Assembly (NCBI GenBank): GCA_045604525.1
Contig: JAZUOH010000005.1
Coordinates: 53,648 to 117,647, forward strand
DNA from: Acutalibacteraceae bacterium
Lineage (GTDB): Bacteria > Bacillota > Clostridia > Oscillospirales > Acutalibacteraceae
Direction: 5' to 3'
DNA: 64,000 nucleotides
The notes under the pieces are model-generated. The model was not told where the DNA came from, did not search any database, and was given only the letters and a program-made list of their open reading frames with translations. Made by a program: the position numbers and the translations under genes. Each line of letters starts with the position of its first letter. Positions within the stretch are counted from its first letter, which is position 1. Of this stretch, positions 52,977-61,967 are shown piece after piece.

Positions 52977-54284
52977 GTGTCGGTTAAAATTAAAGACGTT
53001 GAAAAAGGCTCAATATGCTCTAAAAAAATATCGGGCGGGGAAATGCTTGTTGCCGTCAATTCTCACGAAATAAACGATGTGCTTGATTACCGCTTTTATA
53101 CAAGCGCTTGCAAGCTCAAGCTTGAAATTGAGAACGGAAAGGGCAAGCGCCGCACTGTTAAAATCAAAAAAGGCGAGTATGACGACCTTGGTCTGTGCTT
53201 TGAAACCTATCTTATGGACAAGCACCATTCCTGCAAGAATAAGTGCATCTTCTGCTTTATCGACCAGATGCCCTCCGGGTTGAGAGAAAGCCTTTATTTT
53301 AAGGATGACGATTCCCGTCTTTCCTTTCTTTTCGGCAATTATGTCACGCTCACAAATCTTACTGATAAGGATATTGACCGCATTATTGAAATGCACATCA
53401 GCCCCGTGAATGTTTCTGTTCACACAATGAATCCCACTCTTCGTGTTGAGATGATGAAAAACCCGAATTCGGGCACTTCTCTGCGCTATCTGGGCCGCCT
53501 TGCAGATGCAGGCATCAAGCTCAACACACAGCTTGTGCTGTGTCCCGGTATAAACGACGGCAAGGAGCTTGAATTCAGCCTTTCTGAGCTCGGTAAGCTT
53601 TATCCTGCCGTGCAGAGCATAGCCTGCGTGCCTGTGGGTCTTACAAAGCACCGCGAGGGCTTATATGAGCTTGAAGCCTATAACGAAAAAACCGCAGCTG
53701 CCGTTATTGATACGGTTGATGATTTTAATATTCATTTCAAGCATTTCAACGGTGAAACAATTGCCTATGCGGCGGATGAGTTTTATCTTTCTGCACACAG
53801 AGAAATTCCGTCAGCCGATTATTACGGCGATTATCCTCAACTTGAAAACGGTGTCGGTATGTGGCGGCTTTTAGAGGATGAGTTCACCTCTGCTCTTGAA
53901 GACAGCGACTTTGAGCTCAGCGAAAAAAGGCATATCACTGCCGTAACAGGTGCCGCCGCTTATCCTTTGATAAAAAAGCTGGCAATTTCGGCAGAAAAAA
54001 GGTATAATAAATTAAGTGTCAATGTAATTCAGATAAATAACAGCTTTTTTGGTGAGAGCGTAACCGTTGCAGGCTTACTTACGGGGCAGGATATTCTGGC
54101 ACAGCTTGAGGGTAAAGACTTAGGTGATGAGCTTATTATTCCCGATTCGGCACTGCGTGACGGCGAAGACGTTTTTCTTGACGATATGACACTTTCAGAT
54201 TTATCGCAAAAGCTCGGCATAACCGTAACACCCTGCATTGCAGACGGCTATGCTTTACTTGAAAAAATTTTAGGAGGAGAGTGA
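52977..54284 (+). CDS. DUF512-type radical-SAM protein (PDZ-like N-terminus)
   Basis: CKNKCIFC (CxxxCxxC) cluster motif. It has the conserved position immediately upstream of der in Clostridia, as I recall. Confidence 0.7.
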   Translation: MSVKIKDVEKGSICSKKISGGEMLVAVNSHEINDVLDYRFYTSACKLKLEIENGKGKRRTVKIKKGEYDDLGLCFETYLMDKHHSCKNKCIFCFIDQMPSGLRESLYFKDDDSRLSFLFGNYVTLTNLTDKDIDRIIEMHISPVNVSVHTMNPTLRVEMMKNPNSGTSLRYLGRLADAGIKLNTQLVLCPGINDGKELEFSLSELGKLYPAVQSIACVPVGLTKHREGLYELEAYNEKTAAAVIDTVDDFNIHFKHFNGETIAYAADEFYLSAHREIPSADYYGDYPQLENGVGMWRLLEDEFTSALEDSDFELSEKRHITAVTGAAAYPLIKKLAISAEKRYNKLSVNVIQINNSFFGESVTVAGLLTGQDILAQLEGKDLGDELIIPDSALRDGEDVFLDDMTLSDLSQKLGITVTPCIADGYALLEKILGGE

Positions 54285-54289
54285 GAAAA

Positions 54290-55624
54290 ATGGCAAAACC
54301 TATAGTTGCCGTTGTCGGCAGACCTAACGTTGGCAAATCAACGCTTTTCAATAAGCTTTGCGGCAAGCGTCTCTCTATTGTTGACGATACTCCCGGCGTC
54401 ACTCGTGACCGTATTTACGGCGAGTGTGAATGGCTTAACAGAAATATGATTCTTGTTGATACGGGCGGTATTGAGCCTCGCACAGACGATATTATTCTGT
54501 CACAGATGCGCCGCCAGGCACAGCTTGCAATTGATGCGGCAGACGTTATTATTTTTGTTTGCGATGTTCGTACAGGTGTTGTTGCGGCAGATGAAGAGGT
54601 TGCCGCAATGCTCCAGAAGAGCGGTAAGCCCGTAATTCTCTGCGTTAATAAATGCGACTCGATTGGTGAGCCGCCGCTGGAGTTTTATGAGTTTTATAAT
54701 CTCGGCCTCGGTGACCCGATTGGTGTTTCATCCGTTCACGGTCACGGCACGGGCGATTTGCTTGATGCTGTTCTTTCTTACTGCCCCGAAGAGGCAGAAT
54801 CAGAAGAGGATGACGAAACGATAAAGGTTGCTATAATCGGCAAGCCCAACGTCGGCAAATCCTCGCTTGTCAACAGCGTTTCGGGCGAGGAGCGTGCCAT
54901 TGTTTCCGATATTGCGGGCACAACACGTGATGCGACCGACACGTATATTGAAAACGAGCACGGCAAATATGTGCTTATAGATACGGCAGGTCTGCGCCGC
55001 AAGAGCAAGGTCGAGGACCAGATTGAAAAATACTCTGTTCTTCGTGCAAGAATGGCTGTTGAGCGTGCAACCGTATGTGTCATTATGATTGATGCAAAAG
55101 AAGGCTTTACCGAGCAGGATTCAAAGGTTGCAGGCATTGCACACGAAATGGGCAAGGCTTGCATTATAGCTGTTAATAAATGGGATATAGTTGAAAAAGA
55201 CGGCAAGACAATGGATGCTTACCGTAAAAAGCTTATGAACGATTTCTCGTTTATGTCCTATGCACCAATTATCTTTATTTCTGCAAAAACAGGTCAGCGT
55301 ATAGACAGGCTGTTTGAGCTTATCAACTTTGTTGATGCACAGAATGCAATGCGTATTCAGACAGGTAAGCTCAACCAGGTGCTTGCAGATGCAACCGCAA
55401 GAGTACAGCCACCGACGGATAAGGGCAGAAGACTTAAGATTTACTATATGACCCAGGCTTCCACCCGCCCTCCGACGTTCGTTTGCTTTGTCAACCGTAA
55501 GGACCTTTTCCACTACAGCTATCAGCGCTACCTCGACAACCAGATTCGCGAAATCTTCGGTCTTGAGGGTACGCCCACACGCTTTGTGATTCACGAGCGT
55601 GAAGAGAAAAAGGGCAGAGGTTAA
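54290..55624 (+). CDS. der: Ribosome biogenesis GTPase Der (EngA)
   Basis: Two tandem G domains (GRPNVGKST...DTGG; GKPNVGKSS...DTAG, NKWD) plus a KH-like C-terminus. ATG 54290 follows AGGAGG. Confidence 0.95.
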   Translation: MAKPIVAVVGRPNVGKSTLFNKLCGKRLSIVDDTPGVTRDRIYGECEWLNRNMILVDTGGIEPRTDDIILSQMRRQAQLAIDAADVIIFVCDVRTGVVAADEEVAAMLQKSGKPVILCVNKCDSIGEPPLEFYEFYNLGLGDPIGVSSVHGHGTGDLLDAVLSYCPEEAESEEDDETIKVAIIGKPNVGKSSLVNSVSGEERAIVSDIAGTTRDATDTYIENEHGKYVLIDTAGLRRKSKVEDQIEKYSVLRARMAVERATVCVIMIDAKEGFTEQDSKVAGIAHEMGKACIIAVNKWDIVEKDGKTMDAYRKKLMNDFSFMSYAPIIFISAKTGQRIDRLFELINFVDAQNAMRIQTGKLNQVLADATARVQPPTDKGRRLKIYYMTQASTRPPTFVCFVNRKDLFHYSYQRYLDNQIREIFGLEGTPTRFVIHEREEKKGRG

Positions 55625-55803
55625 TAGAATACTTTTCTCAGCTCAGTGCCGATTCGTTCTGCACTGAGCTGAATTGTTTGTGTCTCCTTGCCAAAGAGCA
55701 TTGCACTGTTTTTTTCTTCTGCTGTCATAAATCCGCTAAGGGCCAGCACGGCAAGGCTTATTATAAAAACTGTAATAAAATAATATCTGAAATTGTTTTT
55801 CAT
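55621..55803 (-). CDS. 60-aa single-pass membrane protein downstream of spoIIP
   Basis: Internal ATG at 55803, 4 nt after AAAGGAGA and 10 nt after the spoIIP stop. Sequence MKNNFRYYFITVFIISLAVLALSGFM.... The longer tabulated ORF (to 56025) overlaps spoIIP and is discounted. Confidence 0.4.
   Translation of the reverse strand: MKNNFRYYFITVFIISLAVLALSGFMTAEEKNSAMLFGKETQTIQLSAERIGTELRKVFY
55638..55672 (+). terminator. Hairpin immediately downstream of der (probable terminator)
   Basis: 12-bp stem TCAGCTCAGTGC ... GCACTGAGCTGA, followed by ATTGTTTGTGT. It lies inside the 3' end of the opposite-strand small ORF. Confidence 0.45.
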
Positions 55804-55813
55804 TCTTTCTCCT

Positions 55814-56920
55814 TTAATTTTGAGCTTGGTCGAGCAGTTTTGCAAGTGCACTGCCGAGCAGTCTGCCGGAATATGCCGCCTCCTCAAGCGTGTTTGCACA
55901 GCTTCCCATCTCAATGAGCAGGTTGTTGTGCGATAAATCCATATTATACTTGCGCTGGCAGAAATAGACGGGGCGCATAACTCCGGGGTACATCTCTTCA
56001 CATACGCTTTGCAGTTCAAGTGCAAACGTCAGGTTTTTTCTCCAATCGGGGAAGTCTGTAACCTTGCCTTCCTCACAGCCGGTTATTATCATCATCTGTG
56101 CCGCCTTTTTGCCGAGCACAGTTGTAACGGGCTTTATTCTGTTGCCGTTGTCAAGCTCAATGGCATCACGGTGTATGTCGAGCACAATCTGTATTTCGGG
56201 GTTTTCTTTGAGCGCTTTTTCAACGCTTTTTCTTGAGTGTGCATAAGCACCGGTGTATTTTGTGTCGTGTATCTGAGTGTCGTGTATAACATTGTAGCCT
56301 GCCGCTTCAAGCTGATCTTTTATCTCAATGCCGACACGCACCATATTGCGGTCTGATGAGTTGCTTCGTGTTATATAGTCCTGCGCATACCAGCTTCTGT
56401 CAAGCATCTCGTAGCTTTCTGTAGTGTGAGTGTGAAAAATAAGCACTGCCGGATTTGTTTTATCGCTTATTGTTATTTTGGGTGTTGCATCAAAAAAGCT
56501 TTTCAAATCAAGGTTTTGCTGTGTATCGGTGTTGTTTCGCACAAGAATGTTTCCTATCCTTTTTGTCACAGAGCTCTCACCGTATTGCTTCTCGGTTATT
56601 TTAGCGTCTTCAATATCGTCAGCTGAGCTTTTCTTTGCTTCTTCAATAAGAAAAGCAATGTCTTCGGGCGTTTTTGTAAGAGAGTCAAGCGGATTTACGG
56701 TGTAAACCGTGCGGTCCGCAGTCTTTGCATCTTCTTTACTGCTTTGGCTGAAAAAACGGTTAATATACTCCTGCGCCGTAACGGTGCTGTTGTGCGGCTT
56801 TATCGCCGATATTGCGGCAGATACAGCTTGACTGTTTACGCCTGTACCGAGCATAAGCGAAACGGCAACCGCTGTGAAAAAAGTGAGAATATCATAAATA
56901 TAATCAAACCGAGCTTTCAT
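55814..56920 (-). CDS. spoIIP: Stage II sporulation protein P (engulfment amidase/endopeptidase)
   Basis: N-terminal TM, then IFHTH..ESY, LDIHRD and IEMG motifs characteristic of SpoIIP. It is adjacent to gpr as in Bacillus. Confidence 0.9.
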   Translation of the reverse strand: MKARFDYIYDILTFFTAVAVSLMLGTGVNSQAVSAAISAIKPHNSTVTAQEYINRFFSQSSKEDAKTADRTVYTVNPLDSLTKTPEDIAFLIEEAKKSSADDIEDAKITEKQYGESSVTKRIGNILVRNNTDTQQNLDLKSFFDATPKITISDKTNPAVLIFHTHTTESYEMLDRSWYAQDYITRSNSSDRNMVRVGIEIKDQLEAAGYNVIHDTQIHDTKYTGAYAHSRKSVEKALKENPEIQIVLDIHRDAIELDNGNRIKPVTTVLGKKAAQMMIITGCEEGKVTDFPDWRKNLTFALELQSVCEEMYPGVMRPVYFCQRKYNMDLSHNNLLIEMGSCANTLEEAAYSGRLLGSALAKLLDQAQN

Positions 56921-56973
56921 TTAAACCTCCGCATATATAAATATATATTAAATCTATGCGGAATCAGCGGCTT

Positions 56974-57843
56974 TTATGAAACCAGCGAATATAGCTCACG
57001 TGCGCTCATATCTGGTTGCAGTGCACAGTTTATTGCCGTTGCAACAAGCTTTGAGGCACGCTCTATAATCAGGTCGATTTCACGGGGCGTTACCATCATT
57101 CTGTTGCCGCTTTTTTCCATTCGGGTTTCGCTTTCTTTCCCTATAAGGTCGTAGGCAAGTGTTGCGGCATCAACAACAGTCGGCACACCGACGGCTATCA
57201 CGGGCACACCTATTGTGTCAAGGCTGATTTCTGCCCTTGCATTGCCTACACCTGAGCCGGGAGTAATGCCCGTGTTGCATATTTGCACAGTGCAGCCGAG
57301 CCTTGACAGCCTTCGTGAAGCGAGCGCATCAACGGTTATAAGTGCGGCAGGGGAGACCTGCTTTGTGATTCCTGCAAGTATTTCTCCCGTTTCAATTCCG
57401 TTTTGTCCGAGCACACCGGGTGTTATTCTCGCTACGGGTCGCAGAGATTCAAAGCCTATCGTTTTTTGCAGCTCTTTTCCGATGTGCCTTGTCGAGAAAA
57501 TCAGCGAAGCACATTTGGGGCCTAATGCATCGGGTGTTATCTGTTCGTTGCCGAGACCTGCTACAAGTATGAGACCCTCTTTTGGCAAGAGCTTTTTTAT
57601 CTGCTCGGCAACCGCTTGCATTGCACTGCCGAAAATATCGGCGTTTGAGCTGAAGGGCGGCAGGTCAACGGTAATATATTCGCCTTTTTTCCTTTTGAGC
57701 ACATTTTCTCCGTTTTCATTTGTTATACTTATGTGTGTTATTTTGGCTTTTCCGATTGTTTGGGTGTGCTGCTCAATGCCGTCAATTTCGCTCTCGGCGG
57801 CAATTTCACGCTGTTCAACTGCCAAATCTGTGCGTAAATTCAT
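56974..57843 (-). CDS. gpr: Germination protease GPR (SASP-degrading endopeptidase)
   Basis: RTDLAVE at the N-terminus, GLGN...TPDALGP and VIA.GVPTVVDA motifs. Confidence 0.9.
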   Translation of the reverse strand: MNLRTDLAVEQREIAAESEIDGIEQHTQTIGKAKITHISITNENGENVLKRKKGEYITVDLPPFSSNADIFGSAMQAVAEQIKKLLPKEGLILVAGLGNEQITPDALGPKCASLIFSTRHIGKELQKTIGFESLRPVARITPGVLGQNGIETGEILAGITKQVSPAALITVDALASRRLSRLGCTVQICNTGITPGSGVGNARAEISLDTIGVPVIAVGVPTVVDAATLAYDLIGKESETRMEKSGNRMMVTPREIDLIIERASKLVATAINCALQPDMSARELYSLVS

Positions 57844-57989
57844 AAGTTTTGCTCTCCTTTTTCGGTTATCTTTATTAGTATTAGATAATTATAGATAATT
57901 TTGCATTTTTCTTTAAAAATAACTTGCTTTTTTGTTTAAAAAATGATAGTATACATAGATGTGTGATAGTAAAAAGGAGGTGTACTCAA

Positions 57990-58247
57990 ATGCCGAACAT
58001 CAAATCCGCAAAGAAGAGAGTTCTTGTCAACAAGACAAAGGCAGCTCGTAACAAGTCTGCTAACTCCGCTCTCAAGACAGCAATTAAGAAGGCTAACGCT
58101 GCAATCGAGGCAAATTCTGCTGATAAGGATGTCCTTGTTAAGGCTGCAATCAAGAAGATTGACCAGGCAACAGCAAAGGGTATCATTCACAAGAACAATG
58201 CCGCAAGAAAGAAGTCTGCTCTTACAGTTAAGGCAAACAAGGCTTAA
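57990..58247 (+). CDS. rpsT: 30S ribosomal protein S20
   Basis: [11 protein letters not shown]...N....S..KT.IKK. The ATG at 57990 follows AAAGGAGG. The upstream in-frame extension in the ORF track is discounted. Confidence 0.95.
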   Translation: MPNIKSAKKRVLVNKTKAARNKSANSALKTAIKKANAAIEANSADKDVLVKAAIKKIDQATAKGIIHKNNAARKKSALTVKANKA

Positions 58248-58308
58248 AGCAGCTTTATTGAGACCGATGCTTTGTGCGTCGGTCTCGCAGGCTGGCTTTA
58301 AAGCGCTT

Positions 58309-58364
58309 GCAGCCGACCTGTGTCCCTTGCTATTACGGGGGATAGAGGTCGGCTGCAATTTTTT
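58309..58364 (+). terminator. Intrinsic terminator after rpsT (second of two hairpins)
   Basis: GCAGCCGACCT ... AGGTCGGCTGC, followed by AATTTTTT. It is preceded by the hairpin GAGACCGA ... TCGGTCTC (58272-58298). Confidence 0.6.
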
Positions 58365-58375
58365 GTGCGAAAGTA

Positions 58376-58404
58376 TTGACTTTAACTGCTAAAATGTATA
58401 TAAT
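58376..58404 (+). promoter_or_regulatory. Near-consensus sigma-A promoter for the 55-codon gene
   Basis: TTGACT (58376-58381), a 17-bp spacer, then TATAAT (58399-58404). Confidence 0.65.
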
Positions 58405-58447
58405 TTTATTGATATTTAATATCGCTATAAAAAGGAGGATATTATCA

Positions 58448-58615
58448 ATGAGTTGTTTTAAAAAGATTTTGAAGGTTGTCGGCATTATCGCCGCTATCGC
58501 AGCCGTAATCGCAGGTGTTTACTATGCAATCACCAAGATTAAGGCAAAGAAGGAAGCAGAGGCTAACGACGAAGAAAACTACGTTTCCTGCTCCTGCTGC
58601 GAGGCACAGGCTTAA
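58448..58615 (+). CDS. 55-aa single-pass membrane protein with a C-terminal CSCC motif
   Basis: ATG 58448, 8 nt after AAAGGAGG. Sequence MSCFKKILKVVGIIAAIAAVIAGVYYAITKIKAKKEAEANDEENYVSCSCCEAQA. It has its own promoter and terminator. Confidence 0.6.
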   Translation: MSCFKKILKVVGIIAAIAAVIAGVYYAITKIKAKKEAEANDEENYVSCSCCEAQA

Positions 58616-58634
58616 AACTATTTAATAAAAAACG

Positions 58635-58669
58635 AGAGGTACAATTCGCACGAATTGTACCTCTTTTTT
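58635..58669. terminator. Bidirectional intrinsic terminator
   Basis: AGAGGTACAATTCG ... CGAATTGTACCTCT, flanked by AAAAAA upstream and TTTTTT downstream. It lies between the small gene (+) and the DAHP synthase gene (-). Confidence 0.7.
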
Positions 58670-58678
58670 GATTTATTA

Positions 58679-59707
58679 TCAGAGTAAATCTGCAAGGTCG
58701 TAAATGAGCCTTTCTGTCTTTTCCCAGCCCAGACACGGGTCTGTTATGGATTTGCCGTATATGTTTTCGCCTATCTTCTGAGCGCCGTCTTCAATGTAGC
58801 TTTCTATCATAAAGCCCTTTACAATTCGCTTGATATCGGCATCATGTCGGCAGCTGTGAAGCACCTCTTTTGCAATTCTAATCTGCTCAAGATACTTTTT
58901 GCCTGAGTTTGCATGGTTTGTGTCTACGATAACACCCGGGTTTGCAAGGCCGCTCTTGTCGTAGCTTTCTGCAAGATGAATAAGGTCTTCGTAGTGATAG
59001 TTGGGCATTGACTGGCCGTGCTTGTTGACGTATCCGCGCAGAATTGCGTGTGCTGTGGGGTTGCCCTGTGAGTGTACCTCCCAGCCTCGGTATATGAACG
59101 TGTGCTTGTGCTGTGCGGCTGTTATAGCGTTCATCATAACGGAAATATCGCCGCTTGTGGGATTCTTCATACCTACAGGTATATCAAGACCGCTTGAAAC
59201 AAGCCTGTGCTGTTGGTTTTCAACTGAGCGTGCACCGATTGCAACGTAGGCAAGTATATCGTTGAGATATCTGTAATTTTCGGGGTAGAGCATTTCGTCT
59301 GCACAGGAGAAGCCTGTTTCTTTAAGGGCTCTCATGTGAAGCTCTCTGATAGCAACAATACCCTTGAGCATATCGGGCTTTTCGTTGGGGTTGGGCTGAT
59401 GAAGCATACCCTTGTAGCCGTCGCCCGTTGTACGGGGCTTGTTGGTGTAAATGCGTGGGATAATGAAAAGCTTGTCGCTTACCTTGTCCTGAACTGTGCG
59501 AAGGCGTGATATATAGTCAATAACGCTGTCCTCATTGTCGGCAGAGCAGGGACCGATAATGAGCGTAAGTCTGTCATCCTTGCCTGTGAAGATGTCGTTA
59601 ATCTCTTTTGCACGCTTGTAAACAACTGCCGCAAGCTCATCCGAAAGAGGGTACTGTGCCTTTACCTCCTGCGGGATAGGCAACTTGCGTTCAAAAATCA
59701 TGTTCAT
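58679..59707 (-). CDS. 3-deoxy-7-phosphoheptulonate (DAHP) synthase, class I
   Basis: LIIGPCS, PR.YT.KPRT...YKGM and VD.NH.NS.K motifs. ~342 aa. Confidence 0.85.
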   Translation of the reverse strand: MNMIFERKLPIPQEVKAQYPLSDELAAVVYKRAKEINDIFTGKDDRLTLIIGPCSADNEDSVIDYISRLRTVQDKVSDKLFIIPRIYTNKPRTTGDGYKGMLHQPNPNEKPDMLKGIVAIRELHMRALKETGFSCADEMLYPENYRYLNDILAYVAIGARSVENQQHRLVSSGLDIPVGMKNPTSGDISVMMNAITAAQHKHTFIYRGWEVHSQGNPTAHAILRGYVNKHGQSMPNYHYEDLIHLAESYDKSGLANPGVIVDTNHANSGKKYLEQIRIAKEVLHSCRHDADIKRIVKGFMIESYIEDGAQKIGENIYGKSITDPCLGWEKTERLIYDLADLL

Positions 59708-59880
59708 TTTAATACACTTCTTTGCTGAATAAATTTGCAGTTTATTCTACACCCAAATGAATAAAAATACAAGTGAAAAATTAAATATTTATAAAATTTC
59801 AAACACAGATAATACGTTTTTGTTGTCAAGTGCGATATATAATGTTAAAATAAAATTACAAAAGCAACGGGAGTGGTTTT

Positions 59881-60654
59881 ATGATGAAAAGAATAGCGCT
59901 TACATTATGCGCAGTTTTAACTGTAGGTGCAGTTGTTTTAGGGATTATACTAATAAACAACAACCTTAAAATAAAGGAGTACAAATCAATGCTTATTTCA
60001 CTGCCCGACGGTTTTTCATATACTGCTCATACTGGCTGTATGGGTACGAAGGATAATTCACTTGAATCAATTGACGCGGCTGTGAATAACGGTGCCGATA
60101 TAGTTGAATTTGACCTTAATTTTAATAAGGACGGCGAGCCCGTATTGGCTCACGATACACCTAAGGGCGGAGAGGTTACGCTTGACGAAGCTTTTGAAAA
60201 GGTATGTAAATTAAACCGAATAAAGGTAAATGTAGATATTAAAAGCACAGATGCACTCGAAAAGATTAAGCCTATTGCAGAAAAATACGGTGTGCAGGAC
60301 AGAATTTTTTACACGGGTGTGCACGACGGATTCCTTGAAGCAGTTAAATCAAACGGCGGCGGTGTGCAGTATTACCTCAATGTTGATGTTGAGCCCGAAA
60401 GAAAGCATACGCAGGAATACCTCTACAGCCTTGTCAAAAAGGTTAAATCAAGCGGTGCTATCGGTATAAACTTCAACAAAAACAACGCATCAAAGCAGCT
60501 TGTTGACATGTTTCACTCAAACGGTTTGCTCGTTTCAATCTGGACAGTTGATAATGAGGTTGATATTTACCGCATTTTATCCTATGCACCCGATAATATC
60601 ACCACTCGAAACCCCGATAAGCTAAGCGAGGCAGTTAAGCTTACCTATAAATAA
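59881..60654 (+). CDS. Glycerophosphodiester phosphodiesterase-family protein, membrane-anchored or secreted
   Basis: N-terminal hydrophobic segment, then AHTG...NSLESI..A...GADIVEFDL....DG.PVL.HD and WTVD motifs of the GDPD family. Confidence 0.75.
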   Translation: MMKRIALTLCAVLTVGAVVLGIILINNNLKIKEYKSMLISLPDGFSYTAHTGCMGTKDNSLESIDAAVNNGADIVEFDLNFNKDGEPVLAHDTPKGGEVTLDEAFEKVCKLNRIKVNVDIKSTDALEKIKPIAEKYGVQDRIFYTGVHDGFLEAVKSNGGGVQYYLNVDVEPERKHTQEYLYSLVKKVKSSGAIGINFNKNNASKQLVDMFHSNGLLVSIWTVDNEVDIYRILSYAPDNITTRNPDKLSEAVKLTYK

Positions 60655-60696
60655 AATATCACCCCGAGTCAGCCAATGCAGATTCGGGGTGATTTA

Positions 60697-61860
60697 TTAC
60701 ATCTGCTCCAGAATATAATTCTTTACGTCTTCAAGCTTGCTTTGTTTCCATTCTTCTTTTTCTGCCTTTTCGGCAAGCGGCACAAGAATGAAGAAATCCA
60801 GCGTTTCTCCTGGGACACGGCCTGTTCTGAGCGGCTCGGCGAAATGCTCTGCCCATTCTTCTTCAGTTGCGTTTTTAAAGCGGTCGGGGTTCAGATACGT
60901 CATTTGCCTTTTCGTTGCGGCAATGTGCATTTTAGCGGAAAGAGGAGAGAGAAGCTTGAATTCCTCCTCCTGCACATCGGTGAAAATCCTCGGCAGTTCA
61001 GCCTTTACAACATGCTCCTCGCCTCGCAAAATCTCAAGCCCCATAGGCTCCCATGTGAATTTGTTTTCAGTAAAGTTGAGCTTTACAAGCAGACCAAACT
61101 CGGTGTTATACTGTGCACGCTGATAATCGGTGTCAAAAATGAAATTGCCCAGAGAATAGAAAATTATTTTGTCCCCGACTGTTTCATAGTTCATCGGTAC
61201 GTGCGGGTGATGTGAAACGACAATATCCGCACCCATTTCAAGATAAAGACGGTAACGCTCTCTCGTGTAGGGCGAGGGCAGGGGAGTGAACTCTTCGCCT
61301 GCGTGTGCAACGACAATGCACCAGCGGCAACTCTTTTTTATTTCGTTTATTGTTTTCTGTATCTCGTCAAGGTCGCTCCAGCTGTAACAGCCAGCCTTGT
61401 TTTCATCAGCCTTTCTGCAGGCACGCTGATAGCCTACGCCGAACATACCTATTCCGCCTGCCTCGTTGAGAATAACGGGCTTTCTGGCATCGATTATGTT
61501 CATTCCTGCGCCTATTGTTTTGGCACCGTTTTCTTTTGCAATTTCAAGCGTGCTTTTAATGCCGTATTCACCCGCGTCCATTATATGGTTGTTGCAGATG
61601 TTCCATATATCGGCATTCATATTTTTCAGCACTTTTACAGCCTTGGGGTCGATTGTGTGCAGCAGCTGTTGAACACCGTCTTTTGTCGTGTTCTGTTCAA
61701 CCGGCGCAACGGGGCCCTCAACGTTTGCAACAACGTGGTCTGCGCTGTGCAGAAAACCGAGCACATCTTCGGATAAAAGCTCTTCATCATCCCACTTGCC
61801 GTACATATATCTGTCAAAGCCTATGTCGCCCGTAAATACAATAGAGGTCTTGTCTTTCAT
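60697..61860 (-). CDS. CapA-family (PGA_cap) metallophosphatase-like protein
   Basis: FTGDIGFDR, N.EG, NNH..D.G, G.G, HAG.E and SHHPH motifs. The start is moved to ATG 61860, after GAGGA. Confidence 0.75.
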   Translation of the reverse strand: MKDKTSIVFTGDIGFDRYMYGKWDDEELLSEDVLGFLHSADHVVANVEGPVAPVEQNTTKDGVQQLLHTIDPKAVKVLKNMNADIWNICNNHIMDAGEYGIKSTLEIAKENGAKTIGAGMNIIDARKPVILNEAGGIGMFGVGYQRACRKADENKAGCYSWSDLDEIQKTINEIKKSCRWCIVVAHAGEEFTPLPSPYTRERYRLYLEMGADIVVSHHPHVPMNYETVGDKIIFYSLGNFIFDTDYQRAQYNTEFGLLVKLNFTENKFTWEPMGLEILRGEEHVVKAELPRIFTDVQEEEFKLLSPLSAKMHIAATKRQMTYLNPDRFKNATEEEWAEHFAEPLRTGRVPGETLDFFILVPLAEKAEKEEWKQSKLEDVKNYILEQM

Positions 61861-61923
61861 ATCAGTTTTCCTCACAGAAAAAAGTATACTGTAATAATAT
61901 CATAATACGCTGTAAAAGTAAAT

Positions 61924-61955
61924 AAAAAAGCGGAGCAGATTGTTGGCTGCTCCGC
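61924..61955 (-). terminator. Intrinsic terminator of the GPH transporter gene
   Basis: GCGGAGCAG ... CTGCTCCGC, followed on the minus strand by TTTTTTATT. Confidence 0.7.
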
Positions 61956-61967
61956 TGAATGTGTGAT

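Noticed and set aside
55621-56025. Full-length 134-aa minus-strand ORF from the track
   Set aside because: Its 5' two-thirds overlaps spoIIP in another frame. Only the distal 60 codons, starting at a well-placed RBS and ATG (55803), are plausible, and they are reported separately.
57844-57989. Sigma-F/sigma-G promoter for gpr and a sigma-A promoter for rpsT in the divergent spacer
   Set aside because: I could not find a convincing match to forespore consensus elements by eye. A possible rpsT promoter (TTGCTT-17-TAGTAT) is plausible but weak, so it is not listed as a feature.
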